Shown here piece after piece: positions 27,801 through 40,780 of a stretch of 64,000 nucleotides of DNA. Source of the DNA: Octopus vulgaris (Eukaryota); the NCBI GenBank assembly GCA_951406725.2, contig OX597823.1:21080001-21144000 (forward strand). The letters run 5' to 3'. The translations under genes and the position numbers were made by a program. How positions within the stretch are numbered: the first letter of the stretch is position 1; every line of letters begins with the position of its first letter. Below the pieces are notes generated by a model, which ran no database searches, was not told where the DNA came from, and saw only the letters and a list, made by a program, of their open reading frames with translations.

Positions 27801-27803
<3 letters not shown>
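27590..27803 (+). mobile_element. short PLE-terminus-like repeat with minimal hammerhead variant
   Basis: CCGACGA AGAGC tat GCTC GAAA CGTT AA at 27667-27695; homologous to 63001-63200; TA repeats on both flanks. Confidence 0.6.
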
Positions 27804-27861
<58 letters not shown>

Positions 27862-27867
27862 TATATA

Positions 27868-28671
27868 CTAGCAGCATAGCCCGGCGTTGCCCGGGTATGT
27901 AAGAGCCCCTAGTAGGCAACGACTAATCCCAATCTAGTCCTTTCCCTCTAGGGAACGAAGGCGCATGCGTAGGTTGCAATGTCTTCTCTTCACTCTCAAA
28001 TAACTATCAAACAGCTATCGATAATTCAACCCAACCAATTCCTACCAGGAAGAAATTACATTCGAGACTTTACCCCCAACAGCGCCACTTCTACTTATAG
28101 CTGCTGCAGCCGCAAATTATTCGAATACATTTTTTGTTTACACTTTCTTTATAACTACCACCCCAAACGTTTTGCCTTAAATTTTTGACGTACCCTAAGG
28201 GTCCTCGGACGCTACTTGCAATCTCTTGGTTTATTATAAACCGCTTTTGTCGTGTGCACAAAAAAAACCTTTTCCATTCGTTTGTTCAGTTTGGTCACTT
28301 TTGACTTTTTCGTTGTTGTCACTCACATTGCTGCCCGCTTTTTTGCGGTTTTTGTACATTTTTATACATTTTGGGATACTTACCCCACGTGTTCCGAGAG
28401 TTAAAAAGGTCGAGTTGCGTCCCCTAGACAGTCTGTAGAAAATGTGTTGCATATAAAAAGCTTAGATTCTCGACCCATGTCAAATTTATTGATTTTTTTT
28501 CAAAACTGGGGGAACTTTTCAAAATTTTCGCTGTGTTAGTTTTGAATCATGACATTGGGCTATGTGTGTGTCAAGTTTCATCAGAATCGGTTGAAAGCCG
28601 GGGTCAGTGTGAGGGTAAAACCTGACAGACACACAGACACACAGACAGACAAACTGCTGTTTATATATAGA
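27868..28671 (-). mobile_element. non-autonomous Helitron (longer variant)
   Basis: 5' TCTATATATAAACAGCAG, 3' CCCGGGCAACGCCGGG hairpin plus CTAG; inserted in (TA)n. Confidence 0.88.
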
Positions 28672-28691
28672 TATATATATATATATATATA

Positions 28692-28820
28692 TATCTTATA
28701 AGCAAGGGCTAAAGAAGATCATTCTAAAGCCAATATACCGATATTCCACAAGCGGATTAAATGTGGAATATCGGTATATTGGCTTTAGAATAATCTTCTT
28801 TAGCCCTTGCTTATAAGATA
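28692..28820. repeat. fold-back, 59-bp arms (1 mismatch), 11-nt loop
   Basis: 28692-28750 is the reverse complement of 28762-28820. Confidence 0.95.
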
Positions 28821-28905
28821 TTTATAATTTTTAACCGTAAAGGTTCTTTAATATACTGCCACATTTCCTGATGGAATTTTTTTCTGTAGAAAAAAAGCTT
28901 CATCC

Positions 28906-28977
<72 letters not shown>

Positions 28978-29078
28978 TAAAAACAAAGGGTAAAATTAAT
29001 TAATTAAGAATTAATCAATAATTTCACCAAGTAGAATTCGGCATGAAAAAGGACCATTTCACGGTAAACTTAAGTAAT

Positions 29079-29306
29079 ACTTTATAATTAGGGTTCAGCA
29101 AAGATTTGCTTTACCACTTACCGAAGTTTAGAAATAGCAGCCAAAAAAACTTAGCTATTTCTTCTATTTTAAAAAGGGACTCCCAGTATTTTGGTTTTCT
29201 GGAAGTCCCTTTTTAAAGTAGAAGAAATATCTATGGTTTTTTGGCTGCTATTTCTAAACTTCGGTATGTGGTAAAGCAAATCTTTGCTGAACCCTAATTA
29301 TAAAGT
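29079..29306. repeat. fold-back, ~105-bp arms
   Basis: The arms contain AGAAATAGCAGCCAA / TTGGCTGCTATTTCT; related to 58393-58654. Confidence 0.93.
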
Positions 29307-30199
29307 GTATATATATATATATATATAGTCACACACGACTATATTTCCTAACATCTACAATTCATATCTCACCGGAATGCTAAGTCACTGCTACAATTCT
29401 TTCCTAGTCTATAAATTAATATATCTTGTGTTTTAAGAGAAGTTAACATATTAAGCATTTATAATTATAATAAATAAAACACATGAAATTTATTCATAGA
29501 AACCTAACAAAGGATTGCTAATAATAAATGCTTCCATTAGTTGACATTTTGTTTTATTGATTTCTGTACATGGGAAGTAATTGAGTGATTCAATGAAAGA
29601 ACAAACACTTGCGCGCACATTATCGAAGGGCATTGTGATAATTAAACTTTTAAAGCAATCATTAGAAATGTTTAGCATTCATTTGGCGCAATTAACTATT
29701 AAATTGTTTTTCTTTTAATTTACGAAATATCATTAAAATTGAGTATCGTTAAGCGAGTTCTAAATGCAGAGCTTTTATACGTGATATTTATAAGTGTAAC
29801 AGTAAAAGTAAATGGATATCTGCGTCGGTTTCGATGAGTACTTACAGATATCCGACCAACTAATTTACATAGTCAACGAATTACTGAGTAATGCAACGGT
29901 TGCATATTCCACAGACACTTGTAGTCGTAGCGTAATATTGAGTCAGATTCGGTCTACATAGAGTACAAAAATACTGACGAAATGAGGAACGGGTATGAGG
30001 ATACACCATCCAACAACTTCCAAAACAGTTTCTATTTTTTTAATTATATTTAATTCACCAGCCTTGTGACCATCCATGGTTTGGGTAAAACGTACTTGCC
30101 AATAACAATATGCTGTGGGCTTTAACATATGACTTTATTGCGAAGTGATTTGGTCATGCCTGGGTTTGCGTATACACACAAAGTGCATTTCAGTATTCT

Positions 30200-31250
30200 G
30201 GAGTTTTTTTTCAGTAAGGACATTTATTTCAGAAAAGCACAAAAACGTCATCTTCAAAGAAGGACACTTTGACTTCAATGCACTTGTAGTTCTGCAGCCA
30301 CTTCGAGAAGACTTCATGGAGGTTCTTCAAAGTGAAGATGTCTATGAATCTTATCATGGACACCTTTATCTTATCACTGTCTTCGAAACAACTGCGCCGA
30401 ACCTCTTCTTCAGTCTGTGGACAATTAAACGTCACGAGGAGAAGCATCTGGACTGTAAGGAAGGTGAGGGATAGTTTTGATGTCCTTCACTGTCACGTAT
30501 TTTTTTTTTCCAGGATGGAAACTTGTTCTGGTGCATTGTCTTGGTGCAGGTTCCACAAAGCCAAGTGGGAGAGCTCTGGTCTTTTGCTACGAAATCTTGT
30601 CCTGAACTTCCTCAAAACTTCCTCGAAGTATTCTTTGTTGAGAATTTGACCAGCGAGAACCCTGTTGATGTAGATGATGCCCTTGAAGTTGAAAAAAAAG
30701 GGTTTCAACATGAGATTTCCAGTAGACTTTCTTTTCCTTGCCTTCTCGTTTTTGGGAAAACCAGCATGCTTCCATTAGCCGCTTTTTTTCTTGGTCTCTG
30801 GATCATAACCGTTGATTCAGTTTCGTCGCATATCACTGGAGACTGAAGAACACTTGCATTGGAGGTAATGAGCGCAATCCTCTCCCTGTTGTCAACAACT
30901 TGTCTTTCCTTCTCTTTTCGTCACTGAACACCCTGGGAACTAATTTTGTATAAAGATTGAGCATTTCAGACCTTCATGAATAATTCTATGTACACTTGCC
31001 ATACCAACTCCAAAATGAGACACACAACAGATCTAGACGTCCGGATGTTCTGACATCTTTCACATCTTCTCTACCATTCTTTAATCTCTTCTACCACCGA
31101 AAACCAAATGGTTGGGTCATACAAGTTAATGCAATGGCGATATGGAGCATTACATAAATTTCAGTAGCATTTTTACCCAGCTTAACACAAAATTATATTT
31201 CATAATGAGCTTCAAATTGTCTTCACATCCCGACTGCATTCTGCAAACTA
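30200..31250 (-). pseudogene. second mariner transposase remnant
   Basis: VICDET*INGYDPETK, FFNFKGII..GQILNKEYFEEVLRKFR..RSKRPEL..WNLHQDNAP, HLPYSPDASPRD. Confidence 0.85.
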
Positions 31251-31554
31251 GTCAGCCTTGTCAAGCTGCGCTCTTACAGCCGTCTTCAATGTGCCCTTTA
31301 CAGTCGTCCTCTTCAATTGCAATAAAAATAGTTGGGAGGTCTGCTTATTAGACGTATAGTTATGACATACTAAAATTACAATACTTAGGTCAGATATAAC
31401 TTCTGGAAGACACCTCGTAAACAATCGCACACATTGGCTTATCACACACACGCGCGGGCGCGCACACACGCATACACATACATACATACATACATACATA
31501 CATACATACATACATACATACATACATACATACATACACACATATATTTGTTTA

Positions 31555-33508
31555 TAGTGATCCCTCGTTTATCGCGGTAAATTGGTCCCGAGACCGGCCG
31601 CGATAACTGTATTTCCGCGAAGTAGGGACACCATATTTACAGCATTTATTTAACATGTATTTGGACTTTTAAAACCCTCCCTGTACTGTTAACAACCCAC
31701 CCATTACAGTAGTCTATTAATAACAAGGACAACTGTTAAGCAATAACACTTTAGATTTAAAAAAATAAATATTGTTACTGTACTCAACACGAAAGAAGTT
31801 GAAGTAAAATTTGAATGATGATGGAGATGAATTTGCTGCGCAGTAGAAATTATGATGATGATGAAGCTGACGGTGGTGCCCTTTCCTGGGACACCTCTTC
31901 CACTTCTTCCGAAGAAGCAATTGTAGTAGTAGCAAGAACGGCTCATTTTTGCGAGGCTGCAAAAACATTGCGATAAGAAGTTGCTGCCGCTGCTTCGTTT
32001 TCCATTCAAAGAGCATCTTGTAGGGATTCCTGACATCGTCGACCTTGTTGCAAAATTGCGCAGAATGAACCATATCGTCGTCCCATTCCTGTGACCCCTC
32101 TTTCAATTATTTAGCCAGGTTGCAGAGCTTGGCCAGCCGTTCCAAAGTCAAGCCAGTTTGGTCGACAATTTCTTCCCTTTCTTGCTGCGTTTCTTCTTCT
32201 TCTTCTTCTTCTTCTTCTTCTTCTTCTTCGCTGGCCGATTTCGTCAAGTTTTCGAGGTCTGCGTAGGTTAGCGACTGGGAGTGGCAGTCTAATAACGCGT
32301 CGATGTCTCCCGTGGTCAAGTCTGCAAATCCGTCACCTCCAATGATCGCAGCCGACTGCAAACCTTTCTGTACTTTGGAGTGTTGGATTTCGGCAGGTGT
32401 AAATCCCTTGTCGTCGTAAATATCCTCGGGCCACAAATGTTTCCAGGTCGCGTTAATGGTGGCGGGCTTCATTTCTTGCAATGCCTTCTGGATATTTTGG
32501 AGGCACGTAGCAATTATGTACTGCCGCCAGTATGCCTTCAAGTTAAAATGTTCGTCTTCGTCTTCTTGGGCGGCATCCTCGGAAGCAACCAGGTTCGCCA
32601 GGACATTCCTCGAGTATAGGGCCTTGAACGCTCTGATAACCCCCTGGTCCATTGGTTGAATAAGTGACGTAGTGTTGGGCGGCAGGATCTCAATCTGAAT
32701 AACCTCATGCGACAGATCAATAGCTTGGCCATCAGCGTTATCCATAAAGAGAAGAATTTCGAATGGCAAGCCCTTCTCTAATAGATACACCTTGACTTGC
32801 GGCATAAAACACTGGTGGAACCAGTCGAAGGCCAGTATCTTCGTTATCCACGCCTTTGGATTGTGCATCCAATGTACGGGTAGCAGATTCTTGTTTTTGT
32901 TATTTAAAGCCCTTGGGCTTTTAGACTTGTAATTAATTCCTGGCTTTAACAAAAATCCTGCAGCATTACCATACATCACGAGAGTCACACGATCCCTGTA
33001 TGCTTTAAAGCCAGAGACTTTTGCTTCCTCCTTGAACAGGAAAGTTTGCGACAGCATTCTTTTCCAAAACAAGCTCGTCTCGTCCATATTAAAAACTTGT
33101 TCGGGCTTATATCCACCTTCGGAGATAATCTTTTTGAAAGTTTCATTCACATATGTTTCAGTAGCGCTCGTGTCAGTAGAAGCAGCCTCGCCATGCAGGG
33201 AAACGCTTTCTAAGCAGAAGCGTTTCTGAAACTTAACAAACCACCTTTTGCTAGCAGAAGAAGGACGTTTTTTAGGTTTTGAATCGCTGGACGTCCCTGG
33301 TTACGGATCTTCTACGTCGTCTTCGTTTCCTTCCTCTTCTTCGTGGTTGCCATTCGTCCCCAGGTTCCTTAGCGGCGAAAGTCACGTACAGGCTCCTAGC
33401 CTTTGTTTGGATGATGTTCGTATCCAATACTATGTTCTTCTTTCGGCAGCTGGCTATCCATACGGCCAAAGCAGCTTCCATACGGATGATAGTTTTATTA
33501 CGAGCCAT
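31555..33508 (-). mobile_element. Tigger/pogo DNA transposon, 5' end missing
   Basis: TA followed by TAGTGATCCCTCGTTTATCGCGG (Tigger-type TIR) at 31555; CENP-B-type HTH MEAALAVWI..IIQTKARSLY (33272-33508) and DDE domain. Confidence 0.92.
32107..33150 (-). pseudogene. Tigger/pogo transposase DDE domain (347-aa open segment of a disrupted gene)
   Basis: QVFNMDETSLFWK, RVTLV..NAAG, KAWIT, ILLFMDNA, LPPNTTSLIQPMDQGVIRAFKALY; frameshifted upstream, stop at 32107. Confidence 0.92.
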
Positions 33509-34339
33509 AGAAAAAAAATATATTTAAACAATATTTTTTAAGAAATAAATAAAATAATAATTTTTCTCATAAAAAACTCTATTATCAAATTATTTATTTA
33601 ACTATTATCTTTAACCTGAAGATTGACTATTATTATAATTTGAATTTTAATTGAATTTAAATTGAACTTTTTAATATTGAATTTAAATTGAACTTTTTAA
33701 TACCTTTTTGATAGTAATTTAAAATAAATAAATTAATGAATATGAATATTAAAAAATTAAAAGTTTAAAAATGTATAAATTTAAGATTTAAAAAAAATAT
33801 AAAAATATAATTTATAAATATAAATTAAAAATTTTAAATTTAAATAATTTAATTTAAAATGTTATATTTTATATATTTTGTATATTATATCAATTATATT
33901 TATTTTTATGTTTTTCACTGTTTGATTTGCCTAATAGTGGTTTTATCTCTAATTTAATTTATACCTATATATATATATTTATATATATATATATAATATG
34001 CGTGTGTTTTGGGTGTGTATGTGCATTCATGTATATATGTGAGATAATATTTTCTGTAGTAATAGTGAAAGAATATATTACTTTCAGTATTAAATTTGAA
34101 AGTACATCACATTACAATATAGATGTTATTGTTTCACTTTTGACACGTAACACAAAAATACTGTGAGAGGTAGGAGAGTGTTCCGGCCTCGTATTAGGCA
34201 AAGAGTTTAAAAGCTTTTTCGTCTATGATACAGCATGAACCCTAAGAAAGGCATATGTAAAATTTGAATGAAATCGGTTGGGTAATTCTCGAGTTTTAGT
34301 CATGCGCACATACATGCAACAGACACACGTGCTCAGCTT

Positions 34340-34441
<102 letters not shown>

Positions 34442-34445
34442 TATA

Positions 34446-35676
34446 CAGGGTGCATTAGATATTTGAGGACAGATTTATATTTATAAAATAAAAACATATA
34501 TAAAAAACATAATAACTTTATTTATATTTTAAAAAGCTATGAGGATAACAATAAACCTTTTCTATAATATTATTCCATAAATTCGCCTTCAACTTCAACA
34601 GCTGCTTCTGTATGAGATCTACATTCTTGAATCAAGTGGTCCTGGTTCATTTTGGACATTACTCTGACTATGGCAGCTTTCAAAGATTCTTTGATGTTAT
34701 GGACATGTTCACCGACCTCTCTCTCAACAACGCTCCACGTGTAATAATCCAATGGATTGAGATCTGGGGAATTAAGAGGCCAAATGTTAGGGGTTATGTA
34801 ATAATGAAAAATTTCAGCCATCCATTCCGGTGTTACTAGAGTCATGTGTGATAGAGTAGAGTCTTACTGAAGCACATACAATCTTCCATTGCATAGACTG
34901 TCTATCCAGGGCTTAACAGTTATTTACAGGACCTCAATGTAGGCTACAGAGTTAACTCTAAGGCCTTTTCGAAAGAAGTAAGAAGGCATCACATGTCCTT
35001 CATATCCGGCAACCCCTAAAACAGTACAGGAAATTTTATATGCATAACACTTGGAACTTGAAAAGGGTCTGCTCATAACCAACTGTCATTTCTTCTGTTA
35101 ACTTTTTGATCTTGGTCGGAATTTTTCTCGTTTGAGAAAAACCAAATCAAATCTTCTGCTGGATTTTTCAGCTTGTCTAAGAGTCTTTTAGATCTGATGT
35201 AGTGATTTTCTTTTGCTTTTTTTCTGACTAATTGACCTTTCCTGATCATATAAGACTTATCTGATGTCTTCGTGGACAACATTTCTGACACATAGAGATC
35301 TTTTGCTATTGACCTCATGGACTTTCTGGGATTGTAATCAATGGTCTGATAAACTTGTTGGATAAATTCCGGTGTTCTGATGATTTCAGAGTGTTTACAA
35401 TGCTTTTTATACTTTGATACTGGTGATGCGTTTCGATCTTCAGTCTCTAGCTCCTTACAAACTTTGTAGACAAAAGATCTGGCAAATTCAAAAATTGAGA
35501 TATTTCTAAATCGCTATGCTCAGCCATTATAACTACAGTAACAGCATGTCTCTTCATTTCTTGAGTAAGCTGGGGGTCTGCCATTATTATTTTCTGAAAC
35601 AAAGACTATACAGAGCTAGCAAAAAATGCAGCAATGACCCCAAAATGGTATGTCCTTAATTACCTTACGCACCCTG
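34446..35676 (-). mobile_element. maT/DD37D-type Tc1-mariner transposon, full length, decayed
   Basis: TA-flanked imperfect TIRs CAGGGTGC...AGGACA at both ends. Disrupted transposase from ATG 35584 to 34570 with FFSNEKNSDQDQKVNRRND and WPLNSPDLNPLDY. Confidence 0.9.
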
Positions 35677-36435
35677 TATAATAATTATGTGTGTATGTAT
35701 AATTAGATGTGTAATATTCGATATCCTAACTCATATACATACGTTAATATATGTGTACATGTAACTATATATCGGAAGACTTAGGCATAAAACATTCTCA
35801 GAATTTCAGAAATTAAGAGTTCCCTGCAATCTTTATTTGGTAACGAATTTACAGGGTACCAAATAAACTTGATCACATCGATATTCTTTTACTCAACGAG
35901 ACAATTTTCTTTGTTCCATGTGACAGAAGCAGGTAGTCGTAAATTAGTATTCAGTTCAATGTAGATGTATTGTAGATGGAGATATTAGAAAATAGTTATA
36001 TTTTCTTAGACTGTCATGTAATCTGATTCTCAAAACTACATGAGCTTGATCAGGTTTATAGGCTACTTATTTCCATACAGACACGCACATTTGTATCTCC
36101 TTTGATATTTGCAAACAGTCTGCGAATATGTACAGAAAGCCGTATGTGGATATGAGCTTGTACAGGAAACGCATATTAACATAGATTATCTCCAAACACC
36201 TATATGCTTCTATGTAAGGGATATTTATGAACTTCTTCCTACACATGCATAAAGACAAAAGCAACAGAATATTCTAGTTATATGTGTTTAACTAAGTATA
36301 CCAAATGCTAACTATCAATATTTCTGCTACTCGTCTGCTTTCATGATTACAATGACTTGAATGGTCTCACACGCATAATGAAATACATATGTAACAATAT
36401 CCATGTAAAATATATGGAGATGTTTGTATGTATGT

Positions 36436-37181
36436 GTTCTGGTGTTCGCTGAATTCTTCCTCTAGAGAATTTCCCTTGTAGTTTGATCGTTGATGATCTT
36501 TTTCTAGCATTCTGGCCGGCTACCTAGCAGGCCAGCCCTGCCAATATACACATATATTTGAATTTTCTCAGATTTTTTGAATGCTGGACTACTGGTTTTA
36601 AATTGATATTAAAATTAATATTAATTTATCTCCCTAAATTTTAAATATTTAAATAAATACGTTCCCTAGTTGTAAGCACTACCCGCAGTAAATTATTCAC
36701 TGCAGCCCTTCGCTTCAGGAGTCTCTCAGCGCGCCAGAACCAAGACATTTGAAATTTTATTCCCGATGTAATCAGTAAGACTAAGCACGTGTCTGTCTTG
36801 ACACAGAGAGCTGGGGTTAGTCTTGCGGTTTGCATCTCGAGGACCGAATGTACTGATGAAGTCACGGACACTTGAATTATGCAAGTAATTCTTTTGTTAA
36901 GACCGAAACCGAGGTATGCATTTAAGTCTGTTATTTATTTAATTTTTCATATGTCCTGCCCGCCAAAGTTGGTTCTGGTGTTCGCTGAATTCTTCCTCTA
37001 GAGAATGTCCCTTGTAGTTTGATCGTTGATGATCTTTTTCTAGCATTCTGGCCGGCTACCTAGCAGGCCAGCCCTGCCAATATACACATATATATGAATT
37101 TTCTCTGACTCCTCAGATTTTTTGAATGCTGGACTACTGGTTTTAAATTGATATTAAAATTAATATTAATTTATCTCCCTA

Positions 37182-37188
<7 letters not shown>
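36436..37188 (+). mobile_element. retrozyme-like non-coding element: 536-bp unit with ~208-bp terminal redundancy
   Basis: 36436-36643 repeats at 36972-37188 (near identical, 9-bp indel); hammerhead in the unique part; no recognisable ORF; microsatellite flanks. Confidence 0.72.
36841..36929 (+). ncRNA. type I hammerhead ribozyme
   Basis: AATGTA CTGATGA aGTC...GACc GAAA CC-ga-GG TA TGCATT: 6-bp stem I, canonical core, GUA cleavage after 36916; distal GGAC/GTCT helix. Confidence 0.78.
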
Positions 37189-37231
<43 letters not shown>

Positions 37232-37314
37232 TTGTTAAAAAGTAAAACAAACACGAAAGCAAGAAATCTTAAGTCATCTATGCTATTATTCAAAAAGATT
37301 AAGCAATTTTTAAA

Positions 37315-37373
37315 GTCTTACACCTGTTTCAGGGATATCCCAAAAGCATGTGGCGTGTCCCATTATCGGAGAC
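37315..37373 (-). ncRNA. degenerate hammerhead, paralogue of 39380-39434
   Basis: GTCT CCGATAA tGGGA...TCCCt GAAA CAGGTG TA AGAC. Confidence 0.5.
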
Positions 37374-37929
37374 AGATGGTGAGAAACTGTGAGGGTATAG
37401 ATTACCGAAACGATGGGGAGATATAGAAAAAGAGAAAAAGGGAAAAATTATATAAAAGTTCACAGTTTAAGTTTCCGATAATCTATGAGGCTTTAGATAC
37501 AACCCAATGTCAATCCAGGTAACATAATATTCCTCATATTGTAGGTGTCCAAGAAGAATACTTCCATGTCGAAGGTTCATAATGTAACGATAGTGTGAGA
37601 TAGCAGAAATCGGCTAAAGAGAGAAGTAAGTAGATAGAGAGAGAGGTAACATAATAGAGGGGTGGAGTCTATTGAAGTAAAAAGAATAATAATAAGTAGA
37701 GAGGGTGATCGGATTTACAGAAGAGCAGTTGACAAGATATTGCCCAAAAATATGAAAATATAAAAAAATATAATGAGCAATATAAACAGAAAGATAAAGA
37801 AAAATGGAGAAAAACGTTGAAGGAAGATAAAGTAAGAAATACAAGATAAAGTAAAGTAAAATAAATACGTAAATGAAAAGGGATTCAGACAGACAGTAGA
37901 CGTTGTGATTGTAGAGTTAAAAATGACCA

Positions 37930-38290
37930 AGTTTAGGAATCCCTGTAAAAGAAAAAGTGTAGTATACAAATGTAATGTTATAGCTCAAGGAAAAAATATT
38001 TTTATAGTGACTCGATGGAAACTCTAATTAAGACTGGAGTGGCGAATCATTTCCAAACTTTTAAGAAAAGATAGAAAGCGAATTCCATTGGATTAAGTAA
38101 ATCTATATGAGAATTAAAAGATAATAATTTTGAATTTGATATTAGATAGGATATTATTGCTTTCACACCGGCATACAAAGTCAATAATAAAAGATGTTTT
38201 CTTTGTATAACTGAGGCTTATTTTTATCATTTCATCTAGGAATACCCTACTTAATCTAAGAAATGTGAAAAGTATTTCGAAATTTAAAAG
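37930..38290 (+). pseudogene. Penelope-like element GIY-YIG C-terminal remnant
   Basis: SVVYKCNV..., GLSK..ELKDNNFEFDIR*DII...AYKVNNKRCFLCITEAYF resembles the PLE LS.YIW.LK...I.W.I..C.LC..E block. Confidence 0.7.
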
Positions 38291-39379
38291 ATTTACCCTC
38301 TCTCTCTCTAGAATACCTGTATATTCACATTAAACCCCTAGCGTCACTAATATGAATTACCTCCCCCATAATTACTACCTAATTAAACCACCAGGCATCA
38401 GTTTCATGTAATCGGTATGTGAAGCCATTAATAAGCGTGAAGCCATCGCGTGATTAGATTTTCTACAACTTTGTATTTTTGTGCTTAAAGACGGTTTTTG
38501 GTGGTAACCGCAGAATGTTGAGACAGCGGCACGAACTCTCCAATCTCATTGCCAAATCAGATGGCATATAGTAGACAGGAATTTTTATCGCCACGAAAGT
38601 AGCGCAATTATTTATCACTTGTGATGGGCCAGACAGAAATTGCTATAAAAGTGAACTTGTTTTATACCCCAATCACTATATCTCTCCCGTTACGCAATTA
38701 TTGCTGTTAATATTTGTACAGGACTTACACAGAAATCACTATATGCAGTAATAAAATATTCTCTTCATTTTTCGCGAGTGTTGTTAGTTACTTCTTTACG
38801 CAGTCGGAGAAATACACTTTTATTCACTAACTCAACAATCACCATAGCAGCATTTGATGAATTAGCCCAAACACCAATCTCCTGACAAATACATTTAGAC
38901 AGTTTTATGACCTTGACGATTCTTTATCTCTCTTTTTTTCTTTATTTTTCTCACTTCCTCGATTTCAGATTCTCTCACATTCAGTCTAAATCCATAGGCG
39001 TTTTTTTGTCCGCGTTTTTACAGTCACACATAATATGTTCAATGTGTATTAACGTGCGCATATTTTTTATGATTTATGTATTTGTATGCCTATTGGTTCA
39101 CTGTGCGCTTGTGTATGTATATATATATAAAGTGAGAATTTACAAAAAAACAAAAAACGAAGCCGGGTGTGTAAACAACAAACAGATGTATTAGTTTAAC
39201 GCTGGGGAAGTTTCGAGCCTACGCTCTTCGACAGAAAAGAACGCAGAGAAAAATAGGGAGAGAAAATAAAAATGCGATCTATCATGGTGAATATATAATT
39301 GTTAAACAGGACGTCAAACATTAAGGCAAAGCAAACAGCTCAAGTCATACACAATATTATAATAGAAAGAAATTCAAAA

Positions 39380-39434
39380 TCTTACAGCTGTTTCTGAGAT
39401 ATCCGCCGAGTATGGGATATTCCGTCATCAGAGA
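39380..39434 (-). ncRNA. type I minimal hammerhead with palindromic stem III
   Basis: TCT CTGATGA CGGAATATCC-loop-GGATATCTCA GAAA CAGCTG TA AGA. Confidence 0.72.
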
Positions 39435-39689
39435 CAAATAGGGAAAAGAAATATGGAAAATGAGAATGGTATATGTGAATAAGATGACAACATAGAGGAA
39501 GGGAGTAAAAGAATAAGGAGATAGAAAGAGAGAAAACAACAAGCATAAAAGTTCATAATTCAACTTTCCGGAGTTATAGAAACCAGAGCATGAGTCCTTA
39601 GGTGCAATCCTGCGTAGTTCTCCTGTAAATTAAACCCCCATACTTTGTATATATATATATATATAACATCTGTTTGTTTTTTCTACACA

Positions 39690-40156
39690 CGTGCCTTCGC
39701 AGGTGTTACATTCCAAAAACATCTGCGATAGGTGAAATTCTGCGAAGTAGAAGCAGTACTGTATATATATTTTAATTACTATTTTTATATATTTATTTTA
39801 TTATAAATGCAAAACAACACCTCACACTCACCTCCCGAGTTTCGTTTTCCATACAGTATATGCGATTCTTTGTTTACTCATGTACCATACACTACATATT
39901 TTCTTTTAACATATTTTAATTAATGTGTTATACAGTGCAGTACTATACTATATTTTTATTTATTAATTTTTAAGCGTGAACATACCTATTTTACCACAGA
40001 AACAATTAAAATCTAAAGAAATATAAATACCTATCTACCGCAGAAACCTGCAATATACTGAGAAGTTCGCGATATAAATTTACATATATTAGCCAGACAA
40101 ATCTGTGATGCACTGAGGGCGTGATAAGTGAATCGCGATATAGCGACTGATAACTG
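39690..40156. mobile_element. Tigger-family MITE, decayed
   Basis: Left TTCCAAAAACATCTGCGATAGGTGAAATTCTGCGAAGTAG and right CGCGATATAGCGACTGATAACTG-TA resemble the Tigger terminus at 31555-31630. Confidence 0.6.
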
Positions 40157-40436
40157 TATGTATATTGAGGGAGAAGATTCTGTAAATCTAGATAGTTTTG
40201 GGTGTAGCTTTTATCTTTCAAAATCTCTATACACCAGTTCTGATGCATTTAAAAACTTTCGAAGATGATGCTTCCCATATTTCTAAATGGTCTCCCTAAA
40301 TAACAGCGCTTCATTTCTGGAGTTCACTTCATAATTTCGTCTTAAGATTACCCATTTATAATTTCATCATATACTAATACATCTGTTTGTTGTCTACACC
40401 ACCTGTCTTCGTCTTTTGTCTTTTGGTGAATTCTCC

Positions 40437-40495
<59 letters not shown>

Positions 40496-40620
40496 CAGTT
40501 TTGGCCAAAAGTCACCCGACAGTAAATAAAAATTCCATAAATACTATCTATAATTTTGAATTGACTCCAATCCAAAAATGCTCCAGCATGACCGCAGTCA
40601 AATGACCGAAACAAGTAGAA

Positions 40621-40658
<38 letters not shown>

Positions 40659-40668
40659 TTCTATATAT

Positions 40669-40780
<112 letters not shown>

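Noticed and set aside
32107-33150. Domesticated TIGD-like host gene
   Set aside because: A TIR is retained, the N-terminus is frameshifted and truncated, and there is a premature stop; it is a transposon copy.
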